Source: Candidatus Azotimanducaceae bacterium
GTDB taxonomy: Bacteria > Pseudomonadota > Gammaproteobacteria > Pseudomonadales > Azotimanducaceae
Reading direction: 5' to 3'
Assembly (NCBI GenBank): GCA_051278195.1
Contig: JBNMQM010000022.1
Location: 864 to 64,863, forward strand
DNA length: 64,000 nucleotides
Shown: positions 10,156 through 20,137 of the stretch, in pieces
Layout of the letters: each line of letters opens with the position of its first letter
Numbering within the stretch: the first letter of the stretch is position 1
Notes under the pieces: generated by a model
What the model saw: the letters and a program-made list of their open reading frames with translations, nothing else
Database searches by the model: none
What the model was told of the DNA's origin: nothing
Position numbers and translations under genes: made by a program

Positions 10156-11277
10156 TTAATCAAATATATCGCAGTATGCGGCGTACATTGATGCGATGGC
10201 AATCGGCATGGATACGAGTAAGCCAACACCTACAACAAGAACGCCTAATAGCAAAATGACGATGAGACCTATGCAGAACAGCATGAATGGCAGAGCGTTT
10301 CTTAGTCCGCCCATCAGACTCAGCTTGCATGCTTGGTACGCGGAGATATTGTTAACAGCGACCAAGGTAGGTGCGAAAAATAGAATCATCATTGGTGGAA
10401 ATGAAGCTGACCAGGTGATGATGAATAATGTCACTGTACCTACGTCGTCTCCCATTAGAATAAACGTGCCGGTCATTAACCCAATCAACAAACCATAAAA
10501 CACCAAATAGGCAGCACCGACCAGCACGAGCTGGATGGGTTGTGCACTAAGCCCATTTAGGAAGCTGAAGCCACTAAATGGCTGCCCCTTAGCCTGCTTG
10601 TGAGCGCCTACCATGAGTCCGCCGAATAGAACCGGCCATAAAGCGAGAGACAAAAAAGGTCCAACCACCGGTATCAGACCAACCCCAGCGTTGATGAAGA
10701 TCGCCGCTGCGCTGGCAAGAATCCACGCCAAAGGATGCTGTTTCATTAACCTGAAGCCAGCTGCAATCCAGGTAAAGCCGTTACCGATGGGTACTACGTT
10801 GACTTCTGGAAGCTCATCGTCATATTTGACCTCAATTTCTGGATCCGCTTCTTTTATCTGTTTCTTTGCAATATTGATGGCAGTTGAATCAGTGGTGGGT
10901 GAATCAGTGTTAGACGAAGAGGGGCTCTGCACCGCACGTGCTTGTTGAGGTACTGATGGCGTATCGAGCTCCGGTGCCGGTGCTAAAGACAACTCAGTGG
11001 GCTTATCCAATTCAGGTTCCGCAACCAGTGACAGTTCAGCTCCCTTGATTGGGGCGGGATGGATGACCGCTCTGAGCCCGATTTTGGTTAACACCGCATG
11101 TATTTTTTCGGCACGTTCAAGCGATAAATTTTTCCGTAACGAAACTACTTTGCCCGAGGTAATGATCTTGTGGGCTTTTTCTACTTCGGTCTTAAAGACT
11201 TTGGCAAACTGCCGTGACGCTAGATCGATATCAAGACCGGCTGTCGCTGCGCCTTTAACACGTACTTCGTAATCCAA
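10156..11277 (-). CDS. multi-pass membrane protein with soluble N-terminal domain and P/E-rich repeat linker
   Basis: 373-aa ORF. About 75 aa at the N-terminus are soluble, followed by the repeated linker ELSLVAEPELDKPTELSLAPAPELDTPS and about 6 TM helices, ending YAAYCDIFD. Confidence 0.6.
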   Translation of the reverse strand: MDYEVRVKGAATAGLDIDLASRQFAKVFKTEVEKAHKIITSGKVVSLRKNLSLERAEKIHAVLTKIGLRAVIHPAPIKGAELSLVAEPELDKPTELSLAPAPELDTPSVPQQARAVQSPSSSNTDSPTTDSTAINIAKKQIKEADPEIEVKYDDELPEVNVVPIGNGFTWIAAGFRLMKQHPLAWILASAAAIFINAGVGLIPVVGPFLSLALWPVLFGGLMVGAHKQAKGQPFSGFSFLNGLSAQPIQLVLVGAAYLVFYGLLIGLMTGTFILMGDDVGTVTLFIITWSASFPPMMILFFAPTLVAVNNISAYQACKLSLMGGLRNALPFMLFCIGLIVILLLGVLVVGVGLLVSMPIAIASMYAAYCDIFD

Positions 11278-11302
11278 GAGTGAGCTCCTTTTCTAATTAT
11301 TT

Positions 11303-11337
11303 TTTGAGCACTTTGAGCACTTTGAGCACTTTGAGCA
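11303..11337. repeat. 9-bp tandem repeat (TTTGAGCAC x ~4)
   Basis: Read directly from the sequence: tttgagcac tttgagcac tttgagcac tttgagca. It lies 26 bp upstream of the 10156-11277 start codon. Confidence 0.9.
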
Positions 11338-11769
11338 TACAGGAAGTGGTGCGCTCGGAGTAAAGTCCGGTCGAGTCTAGAGCTGGGCATGTGTAGTTAT
11401 TTTAATCTGACGCTAACACGGCTCTGCTGATCATTCCAACGGCCCTGCTCGTATAGCGTCTGTACTGACGCGCCCTGACTCGGCGGTCATTGGGAGCGCC
11501 AAATTAAATTCCGCCTGCTAGGTTGGCCTTGTGCCCGGACTCTAGCCACGTTGTGCTAAGGCGATAACTCGATAACCCGCTGGTGATGAAACTTTGAAAA
11601 ACTCATCTATTTTAAAGGTGACCCAACAACGGACATTATGGAGCCTGAAAATTCAGACGACGAAACGCTGAAGAGGTGGGGTCAGGAAAGAGATTCAAAA
11701 TAGAACGATTTTTTCATCTGGGCAGGTGTTTCAGTTGACTGTCTCATCCCCCGAATACTGAATTTGCTA

Positions 11770-13995
11770 TTAGTGTTTGCTGATAAAGGAAGTGGGGTCG
11801 TTCGATTTTTTCTCATCATCCAAAATTTCTCGTATTTTTTCTGATAGATCCTTTAAGGCTAAAGGCTTTTGTAAGAACCTGCCGTGTAGGTCCTCGGCGA
11901 TCAACTGCTGATCGTAGCCAGAAACATACAAGACTGAAATATTTGGCCGAGCTTTAACGACTCTTGCAGCGAGCTCTAACCCATTCATTTTCGGCATCAC
12001 GATGTCCGTGATGAGCAGGTCAATAGGATCAGCGTACGAATCTAAAAATGCCAATGCGTCGTCGCAGTCATCTTTGACAATCACGGAATAACCCAATTCG
12101 GTTAGCGCTGTATCAAGAAGTTCACCAATCACCCGGTCATCTTCTACGATCATTATCGTTTCATTTCCGTTGCGGGAAGCGCCGAAGGGTTTCTCTGCGA
12201 CGAGGTCTATCGGCAAAGGTTCAACCGGGAAACAGACGCTGAATTCTGTGCCTTTGCCTGGGCGGCTTCTGACCATAATGCCACCATCGCTCTGTTTTAC
12301 AATGCCGAACACCGTGGACAATCCAAGGCCCGTACCTTCCCCCTGGATTTTTGTTGTGAAAAAAGGTTCGAAAATATGATTTTGAGTTTCTTTATCCATG
12401 CCTTTACCGTTGTCACTGACCGTCAACATGACGTATTCGCCAGCGGCAAGGTCAAAAGCAGAAGCAGCTTGATCTTGGAGTATGACGTTACTCACGCCGA
12501 CATTAATGCTGCCTCCGTGAGCCAGCGCATCTTGGGCGTTGATCACCAAATTCATGATGACCTGCTCAATTTGACCAGGGTCTGCGCAGACATTGGATAC
12601 TTCTGGTGGCGAGTGGAATTCCAAGTTTATGTGTTCACCAATAATTCGGTGCAGCATTTCTTGGATATTCAGGAATACGCTGGTGATACTCATTACTTTG
12701 GGTTGTAGTATTTGCTTACGGCTGAAGGCAAGTAATTGTGAAGTCAGCAGCGATGCTCTTTCTCCTGAATAATTGATCTGCTCGATCTGACTCAGCCAAG
12801 GATCGCTCTTGTCCATCTTTTCTAGAATGAGTTCGCTGTAGCCAAGAATGACTGTCAAAATATTATTAAAATCATGGGCAATGCCACCGGCAAGTTGACC
12901 GACTGCTTCCATTCTTTGTGCTTGTCTTAACTGAGTCTCGCTATCTTTCAACTCAATGGATTGATTTTCATATCGGCGTTCAAGCTTATGACGATATTCC
13001 GCCATTTGATCATCATTTTTCTTTCGTTCAGTCACGTCTCGGTAAATAGCAAGTTGAGTTTTTTCGTTGGCGAACATGGTTAGGTAGCCATGAGCTTCAA
13101 TGGTAATGATTGAACCATCGGATTTTATACAGCGTAGTTCCTCTGCCGGAGGAGATTCGCCTGCGAGCATAAGTGACCTTCTCCTGTCCATAATGTGATG
13201 GTCATCGGGGATAATGAAGTCCTTGACCATCATCTGTTGGGCAGCCTCCCAATCGTAACCAAACAATTGCAGCGCTGCCTGATTCATGAAGATAAGTCGA
13301 TTGTCTTTGTGCATGGTAATCGGGTCTGGTATCCCATTGAGTAGATTGCGGTATCTTTCCTCGGAATGCCGTAAGGATGTGACTGTGCGAAATACAATAA
13401 AGGAAGTGCTAATCATGGCGCCAGCATTGACGGTAAAGATAAGGGCAAGCGCATAGCTTACAGGCGTCGCTAACATTAGCTGGTAGGTGATCAATGGTAA
13501 GCAAGCGCAAAGAATAAAAGTGATGGATACTTGAATGACGGCAGATAACGTTGCTGTAGCACCGGCCGACACTCCGCCTATTGCTAGCATCAACAAGACT
13601 TGAAGATGCATGGGGAGGTCTGGCAGAAAAAGCGCCAAACTACCCCATAGGCCGCCCGATATACCGGCGCATAGCACCGCAGCTCTCAAACCTCGTTTGG
13701 ATGTTTTCGTTTCGCTATTTGGAATATCAAGTTTTGCCGGGTTTGATCGTCGAAATCTGTACAACATCAGCAATACGAGTGTAGCGTGAAGCAGCGCCCA
13801 AGCATTGAGCCATGGCAATGGGTGTTGAGACTGGACGAAGATCAAAATGATTGCGACGAGAATCAAGGTCACCGCAGCATTGGTTCTTGTCTGCTCCGAT
13901 AGTCTGGCGAGCTGCGCACGTGGGACCCCAGCTTTGAACTGAAGAAACAGGTCTGATCGCATACTAGAATTATTGAGTTTCGTTTTTGTGTCCAT
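11770..13995 (-). CDS. hybrid sensor histidine kinase/response regulator with membrane and PAS input
   Basis: Polytopic N-terminus and a PAS-like segment. H-box HDFNNILTVILGY and ATPase boxes NLVINAQDA, DNGKGM and GTGLGLS. C-terminal receiver (IMIVEDD ... LLITDIVMPKMNG). Confidence 0.9.
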   Translation of the reverse strand: MDTKTKLNNSSMRSDLFLQFKAGVPRAQLARLSEQTRTNAAVTLILVAIILIFVQSQHPLPWLNAWALLHATLVLLMLYRFRRSNPAKLDIPNSETKTSKRGLRAAVLCAGISGGLWGSLALFLPDLPMHLQVLLMLAIGGVSAGATATLSAVIQVSITFILCACLPLITYQLMLATPVSYALALIFTVNAGAMISTSFIVFRTVTSLRHSEERYRNLLNGIPDPITMHKDNRLIFMNQAALQLFGYDWEAAQQMMVKDFIIPDDHHIMDRRRSLMLAGESPPAEELRCIKSDGSIITIEAHGYLTMFANEKTQLAIYRDVTERKKNDDQMAEYRHKLERRYENQSIELKDSETQLRQAQRMEAVGQLAGGIAHDFNNILTVILGYSELILEKMDKSDPWLSQIEQINYSGERASLLTSQLLAFSRKQILQPKVMSITSVFLNIQEMLHRIIGEHINLEFHSPPEVSNVCADPGQIEQVIMNLVINAQDALAHGGSINVGVSNVILQDQAASAFDLAAGEYVMLTVSDNGKGMDKETQNHIFEPFFTTKIQGEGTGLGLSTVFGIVKQSDGGIMVRSRPGKGTEFSVCFPVEPLPIDLVAEKPFGASRNGNETIMIVEDDRVIGELLDTALTELGYSVIVKDDCDDALAFLDSYADPIDLLITDIVMPKMNGLELAARVVKARPNISVLYVSGYDQQLIAEDLHGRFLQKPLALKDLSEKIREILDDEKKSNDPTSFISKH

Positions 13996-14203
13996 TGATC
14001 TTGATGATTCTATCGACGAAGGACTCGGAGAGCTAGAGTATATTCAACTCTAATCTCCACCTCTGAGTTTGGCTGGAAAAGCCCACAAATAGGCCTTTAA
14101 GCTTCGCTTTCCACCAGCTTATCCGCTGCGAACCCACCTGCATCCCAACCGGTAACTGCTCTGATGGTAGGGCTGTCAACGTCTTGCTGGCAACACCTTG
14201 GTA

Positions 14204-14721
14204 TTGGACCTGCCAAAGCAATGTTGTTCGCCGGCACTAAGACGAATCGGGTACAGCGCTGCGCTATGGGCTTGTCATCGGGCGCGTGGCCCCCTAGAAA
14301 GGCATTGCGTCTAAGGCAATAGGGGACCAGCGGGGTCCTGAGTCTTCTCGATGTTGGGCGCCGGAGTAAATCGGTCTTTTGATTCACTCCGATTCCATTT
14401 CTGGTACGTCGAGACAATGCTTAACGGTAGTTGAACCATGATGCGCTCGTGCGCTTGATTGTCACCATCACCTTTGCCAAAGAGAGCACAGAAGCTTACG
14501 AGGCGCTCGAACAACGAATCAAACAGGCACCTAGAATTCTTCAGGCCTATCACGTTGCGGGAGCCGAGGACTACGTTATGTTCGTCGTCGGCCCGAGTCT
14601 TCAATGATATGGGACTTGGCGTAGACAAGCATTTATGACTAACCCTGCCATACACCGTTATGACTCAATAGTGGTTTGGTCATGCGCAAAATTTGAAACG
14701 GCAATCCCGATGGCGTTTTAG
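14204..14721 (+). pseudogene. Lrp/AsnC-family transcriptional regulator, degraded (frameshifts plus in-frame TGA)
   Basis: My translation finds an HTH piece, LDLPKQCCSPALRRIGYSAALWACHRARGPLERHCV*, in one frame. A second frame (14431-14721) gives LNHDALVRLIVTITFAKESTEAYEALEQRIKQAPRILQAYHVAGAEDYVMFVVGPSLQ*YGTWRRQAFMTNPAIHRYDSIVVWSCAKFETAIPMAF*, which matches the AsnC-type effector domain with an internal TGA at 14605-14607. Confidence 0.5.
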
Positions 14722-14819
14722 TAAGGCAGCATTGACCGAATGCATTGACCGATTGGCTGGACCAAATTGGAAGACCAAAAAGTAAAGTTTAATAAAGCGA
14801 TTTTTCGTCGCTTATACCG

Positions 14820-15320
14820 TTAACGTTGTTTATCGGGTAACCCATCATGTGGTCCCAGTTCATGCTGCGGGTGATCCTGCCAAAAACAACCATCCTCTTT
14901 CATTTCCTCATTTCTTTTTGGGTGCACTGGATAAAAGATCTCGTTTTCGTGATTCGACGCCTCGCCACCGACCAGTAGCAGGGCATTCTTGTCGCTATTA
15001 TTCAGGAAAGTGTGGGCGATGCCTGTCCCTGCCGGGAACGCGACAAAATCACCCGGACGCAAGTCATGTAGATGACCGTCGATCCACACTTGAGGGTGTC
15101 CTTCAATCACGTAAGTAAACTCTTCCTCTAGGCTCTCTGCATGTGGCCATGACGTTCTTCTGCCGGGCGCAAGGGTTTCAACGTGAATGCCCATTTTGGT
15201 TAAGCCGAGTTTTTTGCCTACCGGTGAGCCTTGGCTTAGCAGCTCAGCACTGCCGGTGTAGCGCGAATTGTCTTCATCAATTAGTTCTCGATAGTTTTTT
15301 ATAAAGGCTGGTCTTTGCAT
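14820..15320 (-). CDS. cupin domain protein
   Basis: Cupin_2-like core HAESLEEEFTYVIEGHPQVWIDG...GDFVAFPAGTGIAHTF. The ATG at 15320 is one codon inside the tracked TTG start. Confidence 0.8.
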   Translation of the reverse strand: MQRPAFIKNYRELIDEDNSRYTGSAELLSQGSPVGKKLGLTKMGIHVETLAPGRRTSWPHAESLEEEFTYVIEGHPQVWIDGHLHDLRPGDFVAFPAGTGIAHTFLNNSDKNALLLVGGEASNHENEIFYPVHPKRNEEMKEDGCFWQDHPQHELGPHDGLPDKQR

Positions 15321-15399
15321 CAACTCATCTCCACATCTGAAAAGCTCGAATTATTCTATCGCTATCGCTATCGCAACCTGCATACCACTGAATGGTTCT

Positions 15400-16302
15400 T
15401 CAAGCTGCCAGCTCTTTCATCAGCCACTCACGGAACGCGACAATATGCGGTCGTCGAGAGTAGGCTTCTGGATAAACCAGATAAAAGCTGCTTCCCAGTG
15501 ATTGAGACACATCAAATGGCGCGACGACACGACCGGCTGCTAGATCCTTTGCGGCGAGTTTCTCCCACCCTAAAACCACTCCTGCGCCATCGATGCTAGC
15601 TTGTAAGCCATGATCTGGCAGGCTGTAGTGTGTCCCCCGATTTGCATCTACACCTTCGACACCCGCTGCCGCCAACCAGGTTTCCCATGTGGGTGCATCA
15701 GGGTCATAGTCCATGGAATGGTTGTGTAACAACGTATGTTTGCTGAGGTCCTGCGGTGTGCGGATTGCATCGGGGCCCTCGAGTAGCTTTGGGCTACACA
15801 TCGGGGTCACGGATTCATCAAAGAGTTTGATCTTCTCAAGGCCAAACCATTCACCGTGACCCAGTCTTATGGCCGCATCAAAGTCGTCTCGTTGGAAATC
15901 AACCAACCCAAGGCCGGTAGAGATACGAACATCAATCTCTCGAAAGAGCTCATTAAATTGTTGCAAGTGTGATACCAGCCACATGACGGTAAATGTTGGC
16001 GCTACACTGAGTGTGAGCGAACTCCGTGCGTCATTGTCTGTGACTCTGGCGATGGCTTTATCCAGACCGAGAAATACTTCTCCCAGCTCTGATAGGAGAA
16101 GTTGTCCTGATTCCGTTAACAACAAGCCTCTTGGCTTGCGCAGAAACAAAGGTTGGCCTAAATAATCTTCCAGTACTTTCACTTGTTGGCTCACAGCAGC
16201 GGCGGATACCGATAGTTCCTCGGCAGCCTTCACGAAGCTGAGGTTACGGGCTGCGGTTTCGAATACTCGTAACGCATTGAGTGGATAGTTTCGTCGATGC
16301 AT
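15400..16302 (-). CDS. LysR-family transcriptional regulator (GcvA-like)
   Basis: N-terminal wHTH LNALRVFETAARNLSFVKAAEELSVSAAAVSQQVKVLE, followed by a LysR substrate-binding domain. Start moved to MHRRNYPL (16302). Divergent from the 16403 gene. Confidence 0.9.
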   Translation of the reverse strand: MHRRNYPLNALRVFETAARNLSFVKAAEELSVSAAAVSQQVKVLEDYLGQPLFLRKPRGLLLTESGQLLLSELGEVFLGLDKAIARVTDNDARSSLTLSVAPTFTVMWLVSHLQQFNELFREIDVRISTGLGLVDFQRDDFDAAIRLGHGEWFGLEKIKLFDESVTPMCSPKLLEGPDAIRTPQDLSKHTLLHNHSMDYDPDAPTWETWLAAAGVEGVDANRGTHYSLPDHGLQASIDGAGVVLGWEKLAAKDLAAGRVVAPFDVSQSLGSSFYLVYPEAYSRRPHIVAFREWLMKELAA

Positions 16303-16402
16303 GGGCAAGCCTAAGTTTTTCTTAGTCTCCACAAGAACTAATGGTTTGTCCAGAGCGTCGCAGAAGCCTAAAAAGTACGCCTCGTTCAATTGGAATACAG
16401 AC

Positions 16403-16819
16403 ATGCAGAGACCGCCACTTTCACCTTTTACTCATGAAACAGCACTCGCCAAGGTACAAGCTGCCGAAGACGCGTGGAACTCGTTAGATCCAGAGCGAGT
16501 CGCGCAGGCTTATTCGCCCAACTGCGTTTGGCGTAACCGACACGAAATTTTTGAAGGAACTGCGGCAATTGTTTATTTTCTTAAGCGCAAGTGGACGACG
16601 GAACTTCATTACAAACTCATGAAGGAACTGTGGACCTATACCGACAATCGTATTTCGGTCCGGTTCGAGTATGAGTGGCAACACGCCGATACCGCCCAAT
16701 GGTATCGCACCCACGGTAACGAACATTGGGAGTTCAACGCAGATGGTTACATGACTCGACGCGACATGAGCGCCAATGACATTCCGATCAATGCCAGTGA
16801 TCGTCGTATCGGCCTTTAA
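16403..16819 (+). CDS. DUF1348 (NTF2/SnoaL-like fold) protein
   Basis: PPLSPFTHETALAKVQAAEDAWNSLDPERVAQAY...WRNR...RKWTTELHYKLMKELW...NRISVRFEYEW...GNEHWEF matches my recollection of the DUF1348 consensus. Start moved to 16403. Confidence 0.75.
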   Translation: MQRPPLSPFTHETALAKVQAAEDAWNSLDPERVAQAYSPNCVWRNRHEIFEGTAAIVYFLKRKWTTELHYKLMKELWTYTDNRISVRFEYEWQHADTAQWYRTHGNEHWEFNADGYMTRRDMSANDIPINASDRRIGL

Positions 16820-16944
16820 AAGCAATCTCAACCGGTAGCAGAAAACCGTGTACCGAGAAAAGTGCACTTAGAAAAATGGGTTTAAAACAGTAACGAATCG
16901 AGTTTCGTCAAATGAACATCACTTAATAAAAAAGGGACAGGCAA

Positions 16945-17988
16945 ATGAAAATTAAGAGAGCAGCAGCCATCGTCAGTATTTTTATGAGCACATTAGTGTT
17001 CACAAGTTTCACCCACGCTGAAAATGTGCCGGATGTTAAGTACCGGACCGTTTCGATTGAAGACGTAAACATTTTTTATCGAGAGGCGGGCGACCCCAGC
17101 AAGCCGACCGTGCTTCTGCTACATGGCTTTCCGACTTCATCGCATATGTTCCGAGATCTCATTCCAGAACTGGCGCAGGATTATCACGTCGTGGCGCCTG
17201 ACTACCCGGGGTACGGCTTTAGCTCGATGCCTGACGTTGCGGAGTTCGACTACTCATTCGATAACACCGCGCGACTGATGACAGAGTTTGTCGATGAGAT
17301 CGGCGTCGATCGATTTAGCGTTTACCTGATGGACTATGGCGCGCCCGTTGGATTTCGCATCGCCAGCAGCCAGCCCGAGCGTATCGAGAGTTTGATCATA
17401 CAAAACGGTAATGCCTACGATGAAGGCATCGACAACAACTTTTGGGAGCCGATTAAAGCTTATTGGGCCGATCGAAAATCAGTGAACAAGGGTCTGGACA
17501 ATGCATTTTGGAAGAATGTTAAGGCGGCCTACCAGCAGCCTAATATGACCAATGATGCAGCACTTCGATTTCTGACTACCCTTGGCGCCACAAAATGGCA
17601 ATACACCAACGGCGTCAAGAATGTCGAGGCTGTTAGCCCAGACACCTGGGGCCACGTACAACCACTGTTGGACAGAGAAGGCAACCAGGATATTCAGCTG
17701 CAAATGTTCTACAGCTATGGTTCAAATCCACCACTGTATCCAGCATGGCAGAACTATCTACGTAAGCACCAACCACCCACGTTGATTGTTTGGGGTGACA
17801 AGGATGAAATATTTCCAACTGCCGGCGCCGAACCTTACAAACGAGACCTGAAAGATGTGGAGTATCACCTGATCGACACAGGTCACTTCGCGCTTGAAAG
17901 TCACGGTCAAGAAATCGCTGACCTTATGCTCGATTTCCTCAACAGAAAAGTCGCTAAGGAAGCCTCCGCCACAGTGGCAAAAAATTAG
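16945..17988 (+). CDS. secreted alpha/beta hydrolase (epoxide-hydrolase/haloalkane-dehalogenase-like)
   Basis: Signal peptide, [30 protein letters not shown] and a nucleophile elbow MDYGAPVGF (Asp-type). C-terminal GHFALESH. Confidence 0.85.
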   Translation: MKIKRAAAIVSIFMSTLVFTSFTHAENVPDVKYRTVSIEDVNIFYREAGDPSKPTVLLLHGFPTSSHMFRDLIPELAQDYHVVAPDYPGYGFSSMPDVAEFDYSFDNTARLMTEFVDEIGVDRFSVYLMDYGAPVGFRIASSQPERIESLIIQNGNAYDEGIDNNFWEPIKAYWADRKSVNKGLDNAFWKNVKAAYQQPNMTNDAALRFLTTLGATKWQYTNGVKNVEAVSPDTWGHVQPLLDREGNQDIQLQMFYSYGSNPPLYPAWQNYLRKHQPPTLIVWGDKDEIFPTAGAEPYKRDLKDVEYHLIDTGHFALESHGQEIADLMLDFLNRKVAKEASATVAKN

Positions 17989-18001
17989 AAGCCAGCATTC
18001 A

Positions 18002-18022
18002 GGGCGCCTCTCGGAGGCGCCC
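18002..18022 (+). terminator. GC-rich hairpin after the 16945-17988 gene
   Basis: GGGCGCCTC-tcg-GAGGCGCCC, a perfect 9-bp inverted repeat 14 bp after the stop. There is no clean T-run on the + strand. Confidence 0.45.
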
Positions 18023-18147
18023 ACTTGTCACGTGATCGGTACCATGCTCAGTGACAACAAGTTAGCAGGTGTCGCGTCTGACTCCACTGAGGTAGCTGCG
18101 AAGATCACACTATTTTATTTGCCACGCATTTGTTGTTTTCAAGCCCA

Positions 18148-18357
18148 TTACGGCTCTAAACAGAGATCAACCCGCTGCAGCGGCGCTTGGACGCGAGGAA
18201 AGCATTCCGTTTCGCATTCAGTCTGTATGACACTTCCACCTTGTTCAAGAAATCTGGCAGTCATGGCTGAGCCCAGTCCACCAGCGGCCCCGGTTATCTC
18301 CACTGTTTTATTGTTAAGTCGTATCGGCGTTCTGAGTCTCGGGTGTGAATAGATCAA
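18148..18357 (-). pseudogene. N-terminal remnant of an SDR oxidoreductase
   Basis: The 69-aa ORF contains NKTVEITGAAGGLGSAMTARFLEQGGSV (Rossmann T-G-x-x-x-G-x-G) and then ends. No catalytic half follows. Confidence 0.5.
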
Positions 18358-18503
18358 CTCGTCACAGTGAGTCTATGTTAGCAATGTCTCTATGAGACGC
18401 GTTCCTTATGACAAGCATCTGCAAGAGCATGGGACTTTCTAACACGATTGGGCTTAGACTCACTAAAAACGCCACACTAAAATATTGAACTGAGGTCAGT
18501 ATT

Positions 18504-19367
18504 ATGAGATTAGAAAATAAGGTCGCGATCATTACCGGTGGGGCAAGCGGCATGGGGCTGGCAACAGCCCACCGTTTCCTGGCCGAAGGGGCAAAGGTTG
18601 TGATCGCCGATTTCAACGAGGTCACGGGGGCGCAGGCTCTCGAGCAAGCAGGCGCCGCCGGTTACGCGGCCAGTGTCAGGTTTGTTCAGATCGATGTTGC
18701 AATAGAAGCCGATATTGAGAGGATGATCCAGCATGCTCACAATGAATTTGGTCGGATTGATATTGTCTTCAATAACGCTGGTGTGGGAGGGGCCATAGGT
18801 CCCCTGACGGAAACTAGCGTGAGTGATTGGGATTACACCTTTGATGTGCTCGCCAAAGGCGTCTTCCTCGGCATTAAGCACGCAGCGATCTATATGAAAG
18901 CGCACGGTATCCACGGTAGCATTATTAACACCGCGTCTATTGCTGGTTTGAGTGGTGATGGCGGTCCGCTGGTTTATTCGGCAGCAAAAGCAGCTGTCAT
19001 TAACCTGAGCAAATCTGCCGCAGTGGAATTGGCGCCGAGCAACATTCGAGTGAATGCCATCTGTCCTGGCTTTATCGTGACGCCCCTTGCCGATGGCGGT
19101 AACCCCGAGAACACCGCTAACAAATTTGCCAGCGCGCAACCATGGCCAGATTTTGGGCAGGGTAAACACATCGCCGGCGCCGCGCTATTTTTGGCCTCCG
19201 ACGATGCAGAATTTGTCACCGGCGAGCATATTGTTGTTGATGGTGGGCTAACGGCAGCGGGACCAGATTTGTCAAAAAAATTCCCGAAGACCTCGGCACG
19301 GAACGCGAGCATTAGCGGAGTGACCAAAGGATCGACTGGGGAACCGCCGGAGATACGACGGTTCTGA
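18504..19367 (+). CDS. SDR family oxidoreductase
   Basis: VAIITGGASGMGLATA, NNAG and YSAAKAAV motifs. Confidence 0.9.
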   Translation: MRLENKVAIITGGASGMGLATAHRFLAEGAKVVIADFNEVTGAQALEQAGAAGYAASVRFVQIDVAIEADIERMIQHAHNEFGRIDIVFNNAGVGGAIGPLTETSVSDWDYTFDVLAKGVFLGIKHAAIYMKAHGIHGSIINTASIAGLSGDGGPLVYSAAKAAVINLSKSAAVELAPSNIRVNAICPGFIVTPLADGGNPENTANKFASAQPWPDFGQGKHIAGAALFLASDDAEFVTGEHIVVDGGLTAAGPDLSKKFPKTSARNASISGVTKGSTGEPPEIRRF

Positions 19368-19408
19368 TTCAGTACTAGCTCGTTTTCATTCAGCTGTGAA
19401 GTTTGCTT

Positions 19409-19681
19409 CTATCGCGCTGGCCTAAGCATTGGGGTTAGTACCGGGCAGTCATCAATTCTAATTTCGTCCACGATTTCAAATCCATGGCGCTCATAAATTG
19501 AAATGTTCTGCGGATTTGACGACTCAAGGTACGCGGTTTGGCCTGGGCTGTCGCAAATCTGCAAGGTGTGCTTGAGCAGTGCCGCGCCAAGACCCATGTA
19601 TCGCCCAAAGGGATCGTTCACGACTTTCTGTAGATCCGTGCTTGTAGCAGTTTTAACCGTGGGCATAGACATATTCAGCAC
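19409..19681 (-). pseudogene. GNAT N-acetyltransferase, C-terminal part only
   Basis: FGRYMGLGAALLKHTLQICDSPGQTAYLESSNPQNISIYERHGFEIV is the acetyl-CoA-binding motif A/B region of GNATs. About 100-130 aa of N-terminal domain are missing, because the upstream ORF ends 12 bp away. Confidence 0.5.
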
Positions 19682-19693
19682 CCTTTGAGAATG

Positions 19694-19975
19694 TTAGCTT
19701 TGGCGAATTCGGACAACTTTCATCACTTCAATGTCCATGCCAGCCACTCTTTCGATCTGCGGGTAGTAGGTGAGGTTAACCCTTGCGCCCTGCAGACTTC
19801 GGTACTTTTTCTTGCGCCGGTACTTAAAAGGGACGTCGTAGCCGTCCAGCATCAGACTATTTGATACCCAAGTGCGTCCGTCGACTTCTCGTTGCACATG
19901 ACTCACAACCTTGACCGAATCTAACTGATTAAGCTGGTCGTTTTTTTTCAGCAGTTTTTCAGCGTCTGATTTCAT
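19694..19975 (-). CDS. hypothetical small basic protein
   Basis: 93-aa ORF (…FKYRRKKKYRSLQGARVNLTYYP…). I recognise no family. It is in the same frame as the GNAT fragment and separated from it by a TAA. Confidence 0.4.
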   Translation of the reverse strand: MKSDAEKLLKKNDQLNQLDSVKVVSHVQREVDGRTWVSNSLMLDGYDVPFKYRRKKKYRSLQGARVNLTYYPQIERVAGMDIEVMKVVRIRQS

Positions 19976-20137
19976 AGTTCTTTTTTGATAGTTCCTATTT
20001 TATATAATGTATAAATGCACGCGTACATGCACAGGCAAATGGAACCGTTTCATGCAGTGACAATAGTACCAGCGTGAACCCGCGCAACTTCAAATTACTC
20101 GGCCGTATTTCTTAGAAAAAGGGCATTTAGCCCATTT

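Noticed and set aside
14033-14655. Three overlapping minus-strand ORFs (62, 106 and 114 aa)
   Set aside because: They have no motifs and overlap one another. The + strand explains the region better as a decayed Lrp/AsnC gene.
15356-15373. CTATCG x3 hexamer repeat between the cupin and LysR genes
   Set aside because: The repeat is real but tiny and intergenic, with no evident consequence. It is recorded here rather than as a finding.
16484-16867. 127-aa minus-strand ORF
   Set aside because: It is antisense to the DUF1348 gene, which has strong family-specific motifs.
18510-19327. 219-aa and 117-aa minus-strand ORFs opposite the SDR at 18504-19367
   Set aside because: They are antisense to a gene with canonical SDR motifs and have no recognisable features of their own.
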